This document shows, piece by piece, positions 26,900-39,755 of a stretch of DNA of 64,000 bases. The stretch covers positions 310,001 to 374,000 of the forward strand of contig NW_026782247.1 of assembly GCF_031769215.1 (NCBI RefSeq). The letters run 5' to 3'. The stretch comes from Ylistrum balloti. Its lineage: Eukaryota. Each line of letters opens with the position of its first letter. Position 1 is the first letter of the stretch. Both the position numbers and the translations under genes were made by a program. The notes beneath the pieces were generated by a model. It saw only the letters and a program-made list of their open reading frames with translations. It searched no databases and was not told the DNA's origin.

Positions 26900-27216
26900 C
26901 ATTAATCCATTTCAGTTGTAAAGGACTTTTACAACTACCCTTTCAGCAGTATATGACATTTACAACAATGACCTCTTCAGCTGTATAGGACCTTTTATAG
27001 TAACAATAATGACCACTTCAGTTACAGAGGACAATCACAACAACTACCCTTTCAGCTGTATAGGACATTTACAATAATGACCTCTTCAGTTACAGAGGAC
27101 AATCACAACAACTACCCTTTCAGCTGTATAGGACATTTACAATAATTCCCTCTTCAGTTACAGAGGACAATCTACAACAACTACCCTTTCAGCTGTATAG
27201 GACATTTACAATAATT
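26900..27216. repeat. 68-bp higher-order repeat built from two related subunits of about 34 bp, running into the gap
   Basis: GTTACAGAGGACAATC units at 27021, 27089 and 27157 alternate with GCTGTATAGGACATTT subunits. Confidence 0.85.
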
Positions 27217-27491
27217 NNNNNNNNNNNNNNNNNNNNNNNNNNNNNNNNNNNNNNNNNNNNNNNNNNNNNNNNNNNNNNNNNNNNNNNNNNNNNNNNNNNN
27301 NNNNNNNNNNNNNNNNNNNNNNNNNNNNNNNNNNNNNNNNNNNNNNNNNNNNNNNNNNNNNNNNNNNNNNNNNNNNNNNNNNNNNNNNNNNNNNNNNNNN
27401 NNNNNNNNNNNNNNNNNNNNNNNNNNNNNNNNNNNNNNNNNNNNNNNNNNNNNNNNNNNNNNNNNNNNNNNNNNNNNNNNNNNNNNNNNNN
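27217..27491. other. Assembly gap (275 N)
   Basis: Run of N flanked by two different repeats. Confidence 1.
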
Positions 27492-27800
27492 AGAGGAATA
27501 GTGAAAGAGAGACCAAAAGAGAGAGAGAGAGAGTGCAAGAAAGGAATAAAGAAAGGAATAGTGAGAGAGAGAGAGTAGGAGAGAGAGAGTAGGAGAGAGA
27601 GAGAGAGAGAGAGAGAGTGCAAGAAAGGAATAGTGAGAGAGAGAGAGAGGAATAGTGAGAGAGAGAGAGAGAGAGAGTGCAAGAAAGGAATAGAGAGAGA
27701 GGAATAGTGAGAGAGGGAGAGTGAGAGAGAGAGAGGGGAGGGGAGAAATAGAGAGAAAGGAGTAGAGAGAGAGTTAGAGAAGAATAGAGAGATAGAGAAT
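27492..27800. repeat. (GA)n-rich polypurine microsatellite with GAAAGGAATAGT / GTGCAAGAAAGG interruptions
   Basis: Almost pure purine tract on +. Confidence 0.95.
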
Positions 27801-30800
27801 ATTTGTCACAAGTGTCAATATGTAATTTATTTCATCAGTGTACAAAAGTAATCTGCTAATTGCTGTCTTGTAGATTTGTCGTTGATGAAGCTAGCTGACG
27901 TGGCTTTTATAAAAACCACATGGATTTTGAAGTTGTTTGAGATACTGAGCGTATGTAGATAAGTTACATGTTTCACAGTACTTAACAGCTCTGTATCTCC
28001 AATCTTCATAGCTTAGTTCTTAGAAATCTCTGAAAGGGAAACATCACATTAAAAATAAAATTCATTCACACTCGCAATGATAACTTAGAAATTGCCGAGC
28101 TGCCTAAAGGGAAACCACTTTTCAAATTAAACTTTTAAGATCTCTTTATCTTGGCGCGAGTAAAATTGACAGTTTTTGATTAGAGGTGGAAAAGGAATAG
28201 AGATTGTTACCAGCGATATAGATTAGAGCTACTAATTACAAACGAATGCTGATCACAAACCAACACCGTTTTGTTAGCTTCATTCCCCAAAATCACTGTT
28301 ATTTCACTTGAAGAATATTGTTTTTTTGGTCTTGATTTAATCCTTATTTTGATTTCAAAAGATCTGAGTCAAAGTTAAAACATATCTTTATGATTTTTAA
28401 AAGATGTAAACTATGGTCTGAAAGAGAAAAAAATGAGAATGTTATGCAGAAGGAGTTGGATAGTCATGGAGTTAGTGTTAGTGGTTTCTTGCTGGTTGAA
28501 TACTCCCACTGTTCATTAATGCAGGATCCCTGTTTCACTGTGTCAGAGGTACTCCCTCTGGCTAAAATCACAATAAACTCATGTTGCTGAGCTGGGAATT
28601 TCTTTACACAATAAAACATAACTTTGTATCTGATTCTGCAGCTTTGAAAGTCAAAAATTTCCTGTGGTGTATATGAGAAATGTTAAATGTACTTGAACAG
28701 GAAAAAAATTTGTGTCATGATTATCGGTCTCTGTTTGGAGTTATACTCCAGGAGGCAAATTGTTTGACGCTGTAATTCTATATGAAATGTAGGGATTAAA
28801 ATACAAAAACATAGAACCTCCTTTTAGATGTGTTTGGGACTGTTAAGAAAGTATGAGAACATAATACAAATATTAACAAAAGTATTGATTGACAAAAATT
28901 CATTATTTTTTCAAAACATGAATTTTTATAAGTGCTGATACTTTCTAGTAATTAAGATTTTTAAAAGAAATAATTATTTCTGAGTATCCTAGGGAGGCAT
29001 TGCAGTAGTAGATAAATTACCTCCCCTTAGGAAGAAGTCTTCTGCACCAGACTGATATATACCAGATGAAAAAAAACCCAACACAAAACAAAAACATACG
29101 TTTCGGAGTGCTGGAGTTGGGGAATGGTAGAGTTGGGGAATGATAGAATCATGATAGATAAATGTCAGTCTCACCTCAGCATTGTCATATTTCATTTATA
29201 ATCTTATGTATGTCATATAATTATGTCATCTCTTTTGAATTTTGACCAAAACGTGTTGCTGGCTGGGATTTCTCCATTTCTCAAAATTGGCAAAAAAATT
29301 TCACCTTTTCCACCATTAGTTGTATCGCCCATGTTCTAATTAAAAACCCATGTAATGGGATGATAAGTCATCTTATGCACTGAACAATTTGACAACTTGT
29401 AAGGGGAGACAACTCTGTCTTGTGCTAGAGCATTAGTCTACTCTGTGTCCCATTTATCTGTAATCGCAGATACTACCATAAACTTGTTCTTGAAGTCCAT
29501 CAGGAAATTATTTCAGTGTTTAAACTGAATTTAATGCATCAAAATATTTGACTGACATTTTAAATATTGCCCTCCCTGGGTTAAATCCTTTTATCTGTGG
29601 AATGAGTCTACACTGTATCTAGGCTAAAGCAATAGATTTGTGATTATCCTGCAAGGTTGGAAGGATTCTTGAAGAACTCTGATAATGTCATTTAGTGTCT
29701 GACCTTCCTGTATAATGCCATTGAAATTGAAATATTGAGCCTTAAATTGCTCTTGCTGCTTTTCTGTCTTACAACTGGCAATGTATTATTACAACTGTCA
29801 AACGTCTGGTAAGTTAAAACACAAACAGGAACCTATCTGGGCAATATCTTTTTTTTTTGAAATTTGAATAATTTATATTGCAAGATTAAGATTTTAACTA
29901 CTGAAATATATGACAATTCAAAGTAATAGCAAAGATGTTCAAAGACTTGTTAGCTTTAAAATCTAAGAAGACATGAATTTGAATGGGTTTGTTATAATGG
30001 AAATTTTTACCTTTATCACGTTTTAGGAGGTGACATTCATTAAATGAGTGTGTGATTTACCTGATTTTTAGCAGTTTTTGTAATTGTTTCATGATAAAAA
30101 AGTAAATGTTAAAAATAATTGACAGTTACGAGTCCTTTTTTGAATGTGTTAGTACATAGACATGCTTTGATAAACTAATAAAACTTTAAATCACTCTTTT
30201 GATCTATGAGGATGGGGGTCGGATTTTAATAAACTTGTTATTTAAATAAAATTAAATGACGTAACTTTAAGGATCATACGACAGAAACATATCATGTACA
30301 AATTGATGGTTATTTATAGAATATCTTAAATCTCTGTCTAGCGATAAAGAGGCCCAGGCCAGTTAAACTGTTGAGATACTGACTGTGATTTATAACTGTT
30401 TGGGCTAGAAGTTGTTCTTTACAAGCCTTAATGGCAAACGTTTGTGCAATATTGGGATGAATTATATCCTGTAGATTAAAGGTCAAAGAAGCAACATTTG
30501 CTTGTCATGATGAATGCCAATTAAAGTCAAGGTCAAGGCCTTGAACTTTTCTGCAAGGCATTTTGCAGTCACAAATTTGTTCATGAATTTAGGAGTTATG
30601 TCATTGAATGGGTAGTTACCCTATTGATTGAGTAATGATATACACTTGATAATCAGTCCTTTCATGTTTATTATACTTAAATAAAAAGCCAATAGGCTAT
30701 TTCATTGTCCTTCAGTAAGTTTTTCCGCCACAGTGAGTCACATTTTACGTCTTAAATTCTTGGCTGATGAAGGAATAAATACAGTATTTTGTTTATACCA

Positions 30801-33800
30801 AATGACAGGCTTATTTATGACTCATAATGAAAACTCTTCATTGAAGTTACTTAATTAAAAGATTTCTTCAATTTTTTCCTCAAAATGCTGGTGTTTATTT
30901 ATACAGCTGGCTAAAATTATCGGTAATTATGTTGAAGATGTATGAAACATTTACACATTGTACTTACAGTTTGGGACAATGTTTCTATTTTATCATAACT
31001 GTCTGCTCAGATAATGTCTGTGCATCACTACATATAGAGCCACTGATTATTCACAATGCATTTCAATATCTGCACACTTGTGTTCCACTTCTATGAAGGA
31101 CGAGAGGAAGTCGTTCAGCTCTCGCCTCACAAGTGCTGAAACTCTGCAGGCGGCGATAGATTGGAGAAATTGACATATTGTTGATGAGTACTTTCCGTAC
31201 TTGAAGGGAGTGAAGAGTACAAGTGCTGTTAACATGGACAGTCAGTTATGAACGTGTAAATTATTTCTTCCGATTAATAATTACAAATTACAATTATCTG
31301 CATGGAGAAAAAGTTGGGAAGGCAGATTTTAAATTTACACATTGGTTGTTTTTGAGTAACAGTGAACGGTAATAGATGTGAATACTTTGTTTGTAGTAGA
31401 GCTCAATGAAAGGGCTGATATTGGTATGTTCTACTGAGAGAGAGCATGAGACTTTTCAACTTTAGGAAAACACCTAGCATGTAAGCCATGGTACCTATCC
31501 AGGACAGATTTGCATTTCTCATGAAGGTGAGGTCATGGACCTTTTTCTGCTCTCTGGTGGTCTCCATGTGCAAGCCATTTACTGTATATCAACATATTTT
31601 TGCCCCAGGTTATTTTTGCCCTTGTCCCATTATACAAAAATTTGCCAAATGATCATTTTGCCCTGTGAGGATTATATAAAAAGGGATACATAAGCGAAAC
31701 CAATTGTTTGCCCATTCTTAAATTTGCTGCCTTGTTCATGGACAAAAACGGTAAAATGTTAAAAGAGGGGAAAAAATGCCCTAGTATACAATAATTTCTT
31801 TCTTTCAGAAGCATGTAGTAGGCCTCCTGTATGTTGTTAGTGATCTAGTCGCCACTACCTATGAAATGGGACCCCACCTAAAATTGACCATTGCAGTTCA
31901 CGGGGTAATAAACCTAATAAAGAATCAAATGAATAATGATAATAATAAAAAACCAAGTGATACTTTTGTCTGCAGTACAGTATCTAAAGTTTTGAGACTT
32001 TACTGGGTTGTACTTGTACAGGGTTTGTTTGACAGGAAGCTCATGAAATAGTGATTGATGCCCGTTTCTGGTGTTCTATATATGTTCCAATGTTTCCATC
32101 CATTTGTTTGAGAATGATCGATTCAGGTTGTAAAAGCAAACACAGCTTTCCCACATTAATACTCAAGTTTTTAAAAACAAGTTAAGATTGATAATCTTTC
32201 ATACATAGAAATTTGGAAATTTTTTGGATATTAAGTGTTTGAAAATAATATGGAGGTTTTGAAATGATTGTTTCATCTTATTAATGTTGATTGATGGAAA
32301 ATTGCATCTTTTGAGAGTTAGATTTAAATGCATTAGCAATATATCATGAAATCTTCATGCTGTTGTACTGTTTTTTATGTAAATGAGAAAAGTCTGATCT
32401 TGTCTTTGAAATATCGACTCTGTTCTATTGGCTTTATTCTGCTGTGTCTAAATCTGGAGCCAGATATACTTCAGATCTATTCACCATGGCCCCCGAATTG
32501 TGATCTAGATCTGTTGGAAACAAACATCAGAATAAGACTCTATTGCAAAGGATGAGAATGAGTCTAGTTGCCTTGTAAATTCAAATAGCCTTGTATTAAT
32601 GTAATGATGCTGTAACTGGAATATTGAGGATTCCAGGAGCCAGGAAAACGAACGGAGCACTGACTATGGCCTAATCTGTTCACTTAGAACACATCTGTTT
32701 TCTACTAAATCATGAAAATAGAGTAATTATCATCTCAAGTATGAAGTTATATAGTTTTGTATTGCAAATTACATTTAAATGAATTAACACAGGATTTAAA
32801 GAAATATTCCATTTTAATTATAGTAAAGTAGAATCTTAGATGTAGTAATATTAATGGGACTAGCGCAGTAGTGTTGCTTCTTGCCAATAGCTCTTTGTGT
32901 CTATACACAGTTAACGTCATGCGATACAACGATCCCTCCCAGACATCTCAATATTCATTTCTTTAGTATATATATACATTTCATGTCATTTCTCATTTAA
33001 GAACTTGTATGAGTGGCGGAATCGCAGTAAATATTTCATCTTGCCGCCATAGAAATCGAAAATAATTGGTCGTTAACGGTTTCTTGGATTGAAGCATTGC
33101 CTTAGAGGATAAAAATTATTTGTGGAAATTTTCCAAACATAAACAATTTGTTTGGCGGTGCCTGTTTTTTGAGGCGATTTTCTTAATTTACAAACAAACA
33201 AATTCATCATTATATGTGTTGTTTTATCATGTTTTTCTTTTTTTTTCATATCTGAAATACATTTCCAGAGTCTAATAAGTACAGAATTCAGAATCTTCTT
33301 TTCAAATTGTTGTTTTTATCCTGTGAAAAACCCTCGGGGCAAATAAATTACTTTGTACTGAAAGTCAAGGGGTGGGCTTATTACAGGACAAAAACCCCAG
33401 GAGGCAAACAAATTACTAAAAAATCTGGCGCAGGGCTTATGATAGGACAGCAAGTCCATGGACAAAAAATTAGTTCTTACCTGACAAAAAAATCAAGCAA
33501 GCATCAAACTCAATGCTGGAGGTGAGGGTTTATCCTGTCTTACGGCAATGTCCAGGTTTATGCATTAAATGGTTTCACAATTTCTCTGTCTGCGAAACTG
33601 TTAGATCCCAGCTAAGATGGCTGAAGACGACTTATCTGTGCTGTCAATATCAGTGTCAACAGAGTTTTAGGAACATATCGATAAGCTATCTGACAAGATA
33701 TTATCATTTGTTTTAGGGATTGTTGATATATGAATAAGATTATACATACAGTCTAAGCCCTAGAGGGACAAACCTGAGCCAATCTTAATATGGTGCAGGC

Positions 33801-33959
33801 AATTTGATGGAAAGGACTTAATGTACCACGTATCTGTGAAATTATTGACTTTAAAAAACAGGAGGTTAAGTGGTGTTTTTTGTGTGCATGGATCAAAAAA
33901 TCGTTGTAAAGAGATTTGATAAGAATGGGAGAAAATGGATAGATCACTCCTAAAGATAA

Positions 33960-34330
33960 GGAAAATACACTTAATCACTCATAGCGCAGACATAAAGGGA
34001 CATAACTCTAAATTCTAAAGTAAAGGAATAGGTCCTGTTCTAATGTAAAATGACAAAGCCATAAAAAAGAAAGAAATAGATATGAAGTGGTATAACTTTA
34101 ATAAATGGGCGCAAGTCATAGTCATAGAAATAAAGGGATGTAACTCCAAGCTTATCAAGGGAGATAACTCTCATTTCTGAAATAAAGGGAGAAATAAGAC
34201 TACAAGAAGTCAATGTTAAGTTACACCATTAGGGGCCATCCCTTAACACTGAACATACAGCAGTAGTAACAAGGGAAGTAACTCACAAGAGAAGCGAAAT
34301 ATTTCCAAAGAGGAAAAAGATACAATCTGT
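33960..34330 (-). mobile_element. Degraded HINE-like core array (AAGGG[A/G]NATAACTC motif cluster)
   Basis: Motif copies at 33995, 34133, 34157 and 34271. Termini unclear. Confidence 0.35.
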
Positions 34331-34574
34331 TATAAAAAAAAATGTTTCAATTAAAAAATCTGTGCAAAAACATCAAAGAAAAATGGAAACATTCTGGGTA
34401 CAGTAAAAACTGTAACTTAAAAAGGAATCTTGGAAATTTCGGTAAAGGGAGAAAATCCCATCTACATATAAGACATAATGATGACATAAAGGGCACCAGC
34501 ACTTTATTGAAATTGCCCATTAATGGTTAGATGTCTTACTTAGAAATATCTACATGTGCTATAATGTCATTTAT

Positions 34575-34601
34575 AATTTGTTTTTATTGTTTCAGGTAAG
34601 T
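34575..34601 (+). other. Candidate recursive splice site RS2
   Basis: aatttgtttttattgtttCAG|GTAAGT: CAG 34593-34595, GTAAGT 34596-34601. A downstream alternative donor ATG|GTAAGA lies at 34662. Confidence 0.6.
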
Positions 34602-34849
34602 TGACATTTGTTGGTGAACTTTTGGTTTGAAATGAGGGAAATATGATGTGACAATGAGATGGTAAGAGTCAGCTGTTAGTGGATACAGTATCTAAATGGC
34701 AGGCAAAAATAGGTGTGTATGTGATTAAGAGCCCCAGAGTATGTATTAATCAAGCTAAAATTAATATGTTCATCCTCTATCAATAGACTATCTATTTAAA
34801 ATCAGGTTCCTGACAGCTCTTCCTTTTCTTGTGACTTACAACTCAAAGA

Positions 34850-35040
34850 GCTGGCTCTATTTTAGCCAGAGTTTTTATGTTGACTTCCACCTCAATATGC
34901 TGGCTCTCTATTTTAGCCAGAGTTTTTCTTTTGACTTCCACCTCAATATGCTGGCTCTCTATTTTAGCCATAGTTTTTCTGTTGACTTCCACCTCAATAT
35001 GCTGGCTCTCTATTTCAGCCAGAGTTTTTTCTGTTGACTT
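34850..35040. repeat. About 51-bp tandem repeat x3.7, each unit containing a CTGGCT...AGCCAG stem
   Basis: Unit starts at 34850, 34899, 34950, 35001. Confidence 0.9.
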
Positions 35041-37109
35041 ACATCTTCGCCTTATTTTAAGATAGATTTTGCCGTGACATATTAATTGCTGAAGACCCCA
35101 AGAAAAAGAATCATGATGCCAATTTTAATTTGGTTGTCTAGTTTGCTTTATGTTTCTGTGTAGATCAGGAAAGACTCCTAAGGAAAGCAGATTAAAAAGA
35201 AGAAAGAAAATGAAAAATAGGATTTCCTTCACTCAGTACATATATAAAACAACCTCTAGAGGGCGCTGTTCAGCCATTTGTCTCTGAACTTGTCTTGGAA
35301 CTAACTGTAATTTGATAAGTCCTTGTTATTCTGACAACATTTAAAGGTTACACATAGATAATCAAAAGTTCTTCTCAAACTTCTGTGTCTCTTGAGAAAC
35401 CATCAAAGAATCAGGTATTTTGTTTATTAAAGATAAATTCAATTTTGTGGCAAGGAAAGTGAATTAATATGATATTAGATTTTTGATGATAAGTTTATGT
35501 TTATAATTATTATGCCAACATAGAGACCTTAGATATAGTTGTATTCTCATAAGTAATAAGAGTGGGATTGGTCAGATTTTATAGCTTCAGAGGAAAGTCG
35601 CAGCTATATCAAAATTTACAAATGAAATTAAAAAAAATAGAAAAGAGAAAATTTGAAATGAAAGGAATAATATTGAATGCAACAGATTAATGGTTTGATA
35701 TGTCAGTTTATCTAGTTCAGACTTGTAGATAATATTTATTATAAATGGGTTAAACATATCTGAAACTCACAAGAAGATCTTGAAATTTCGAAAGAATATG
35801 AATACATAATGGTCTGCTGATTGACAGATTTTATGCACTTTACTTTAAAAGGATGTGGCTACCAGGCAGTCCATGTCTCCTAATAGGCCCACTCTATTTA
35901 AGTTTCTGTTTGTTAAAATAACCACTACTTAAGGTTATTATACTGTAAAAACCTACCTCTGACTCTGAACCAGGGTTGAAATGTCAATCCTGTGGTTGTA
36001 TTGCAAAATGCTTTGTTACTGTGAAAGCATATATTTTTATTTATCTAAAGTCTTGAGGTTTTAGAAAAAAAATGTAAAAATGCATTTTAGTTGCTACCTT
36101 AATTAATTGATTTTACCTAGTCGATCCTGTTGTAATAAGAATTATTTCAACATGTGTAGGTTTATAATTTCATGTACATGTATATTCCTGGATTAAGCAT
36201 ACCGATGAAATCAGTGAAAATTAAAACCCAACAACAGTTCATGCCTTACACATACCGTTGTGCCCTATCATGGTCAAAAATGTATCTACAGTAAAAAAAA
36301 AAAAGATTTCTCTATAGATGCCTTGTAATTTTGACTTTGTCCTGACAAAAGAAAACAGATTGATAACATTCAGTATGTTCGGAGGAACCAGATAATGTTT
36401 ATTAATAGTTGTTGACTAGAGATAACTCTTCACACAAAGAGGTAATAAAGTGTATGGTATCATGTTTCCTTAAATCTCTAACAAAAAATTACCTTCCAAC
36501 TGAGCTGTCCTCTGTTGATTGTGAGGCCAGTGACAGCCGAAAGATTCAAGGGAGATAATGCTAAAAAAGGGTTGTTGACTTTTGAACAAAAGGGTCATTG
36601 ACTTTGGAGAGTGAGGTTTGAGTCCAACGAAAACAGTTTTCACAACATCTGTAAAAATGTTTCAGAAATGGATGGTCAACTTGAAAAGAGTTTGTTATTG
36701 TATTATTAATATTGTTTATGTAGATGTTCACAGAAAAGTTTTTTTTTTCATTTTTCATCTTAAAAAAAATTTAAAGAAATTTAGGTGATCAATGATGGTT
36801 AAAATGATGTATTTGTATTAAGAGATGGTAGTTATATAGGAAGTTCATATATTATTACGGTGATATTATGATGATTTCTATCTTTTTTAAATCAACCTAA
36901 TCTGTATTTAGTTTTGTTTAGAATATTGGATGATATACAAATAGTGAATGATGACTTGTTGGTTGTCTGTGAGATAAGCTTGTGTACACTTTGTGTCTAG
37001 TATACATAGTGTTGACAATAACATCACTTAATCTCAGATTGGCAAAGAAATGTGAAATACAATCATAGAAGTTTCAAGTGTGTCAATATTTAGTTATGTG
37101 GAGACACCT

Positions 37110-37223
37110 AGATAACAGGTACCGTAGAGTTCTGAAACATCTGAACACTGAATTTAATGTAGATAACAGGTACGGTAGAGTTCTGAAACATTTGAACACT
37201 GAATTTAATGTAAATAACAGGTA
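37110..37223. repeat. 51-bp tandem duplication x2.2
   Basis: AGATAACAGGTAC..TAGAGTTCTGAAACAT.TGAACACTGAATTTAATGT at 37110 and 37161, partial copy at 37212. Confidence 0.9.
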
Positions 37224-39540
37224 TATTACAATATTGTAGTTATCACACTTTGATATGTGTGTACTGAACTGGATTTTGATGTATGTATTATCAGTAATTT
37301 ATCTTCATTGTAGCAATTTAGAAGTTTTACAACTATTTAAGAAAAAAAAGGGCCAAAAAAAAAAGAGTAAAATTTGTCAACTTAAATATATTGTAATATA
37401 GTCTGAAGGTGTAGGCCATTTTATGACATGTGTTCTTGATAATATGATAGATGCCAAACTTTAAGGGTTGATATTATAAACTACCTCATGTTGCTTGTCC
37501 AAACAAAATTATGGATTTTATCATGTGATGTCTTTGTTTATTGGTTGTTAGTGAAATTAGAGAATATTGTGTATATATGGTAATTTCTCCTTTTTTGTTT
37601 GGAGATTTCTCTTCACTATGATTTGTTCAATCAGTTATGATCTCTCCTGATTTGAGGGTATTTACTACAGTCAGTCTGCCCACTTTACAAAATTGTAGAC
37701 ATTTTAATTAAACAATTCGTATAGACATTTAAAAGTTTATCTATTTTTCTGCTTTTTTTCCACTGGCATTTCATTAGAAACCATATTATCTTATTTATAA
37801 ATTGATATATGTCTATTATTAAAATTCCCATCATATGAAGTTATATTGATCAGAAAATACCTGTAATTAGTTTGTCAAATATGTAGGCTCAAATTTCGCA
37901 GGTTCAAATATTTATGGTTCGGTTACTGGTGAAGATTTTTGCAGTGAACATTTGCACATTGTAATCAAATAGTAAATCATACATAAGTGTTCAGAGATAA
38001 GATATCAAATTAACTGGTTGTTGTATGTTTTTTTAAGTAATTTGAGCATTCACTGACATTTTAAAAAGAAAATATAATAGATCAGGATAGCTATATAGTT
38101 GATATCTTTATGTTATTTATAAAATGAAGTCTGTTAGTGTTTGAGTGGAATTTCTATGAAGGAAAAAGACCATTGAAGTCGTAAATATATGAATACATTG
38201 TACATGGTGTCAGAATCAAACATACTTTTATTTAGTCTTATGTGACTGGGGAGGAGGTTTCGTCCAGATTGTTATTTAGGCAAGCTTTTCAATTCAAAAT
38301 TGAATTTGTAAATCCTATGAACGGTAATGGTGTTTCACACTCCGTTAATGTTGTATAATACTTGGCCATGCATTCAACAGAAAGGATAGGCTAGCCTGTT
38401 AGGGATAGATTTCTGCTTTGTGAAACTTTTCGTTAAAATTAAGTTTATTTTTTAGAAATCATATTTGCACTAGATTACTTTTGTCAATAACGATAGGTTG
38501 ATGACGGAAAAAAATGGATTACAGTTTTTATGGAAATTTCATGTCGTGGCGTCTGTGTACGATATAAATCTCGTCTTCACATTATCGCGATAAGTTTGGC
38601 CTCGTCTTCATATGACTTGTAATATTGTAAAATTAAAATATCTCCCGCTAGTCAATTATTGCAGTTTTATTCTCTTGTTTTCTTATCTTTAGTAAAAAGG
38701 TAAATCTGAAATGGAACATTCTGATTTCAAATTTTTGAAACTTTTAGTTAATGGCTCAATAATTTAACACAATAATGCTAATGGGATATTTATATAAACC
38801 CTTTCAAAGAATTAAACACTTAAGAAGATATTAGAAACACACAGGAGATATACTTATATATGCTGAGATATGAGATGTGGACTCTGGCATTAAGCCATAT
38901 CCTTACCTCTCTCGTTCGCTTTCAGAATACAAATACTTGAGACAGAAAATCATTTTGAATCATTAATCACAAACAAGTAAGAATCATTTCTAAAAATGAA
39001 GATTGATGATATATGTTAAATTATCCTGTCTCTGAAGTTACCAATGTTTGGAGATAACATGCCTCAGATTTTGAAATGAAAACCTAAATGAACTGAGTTT
39101 TTGTTAGTATTGGGAGATATCAGCTGACAAAGTCATATGATAAACAATTTGCAGCTATCATCATAAATAGAATCTCTAGTACGTTATCACTATATTTTCT
39201 AAATGTCCTTTTATCGGGATATCTTGCCTAATGGTGAGGCAGATTCTAAGCTTGTCCATTTGGTGCTGTACTGGATTATGAGTTCAAGGATTGGACGGGT
39301 TATGAGTTGAAATTGTCTCCCTTCGTTGGCCATGTTACAATGTCTAAATAAATCACAATGATATACAATGCTGTATGTTGGTCTGAAGGTTTCAGATTTT
39401 GATTACAAATTAGAATTGTATTTGAGTTTGATGAACTGACAAACATATTGATAACATTGATATATATCATACATATGTATTTCGGAGGATTTCCCGTCCT
39501 TACCTGACTAAAAATAGAACAAAAATATATAAATAAATTG

Positions 39541-39755
39541 GTTTAGTTAATTATTGTGCTACATCCTATTAACAGCCAGTGTTATTTGAGAATAGGCCAT
39601 GTTTGGGTGGCAGAGGAAAGCTGGAGTTTCTGAAAAAAAATCTACCTGCAGCCAGTACCTGGTGACTGCCCTACGTAGATATCGAACCCATGACCCAGAG
39701 GTGGAGGGGTAGTGATAGACAGTTAGATGCCTTAACCACTTGGCCAAGAAGACCC
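39541..39755 (-). mobile_element. tRNA-derived SINE, family A, full length
   Basis: Reverse complement reads GGGTCTTCTTGGCCAAGTGGTTAAGGCATC (A-box) ... GGGTTCGATATC (B-box) ... CTCCAGCTTTCCTCTGCCACCCAAAC ... GGCTGTTAATAGGATGT. Confidence 0.85.

Noticed and set aside
27181-27682. ORFs of 111 and 158 aa
   Set aside because: They span the N gap and the GA microsatellite.
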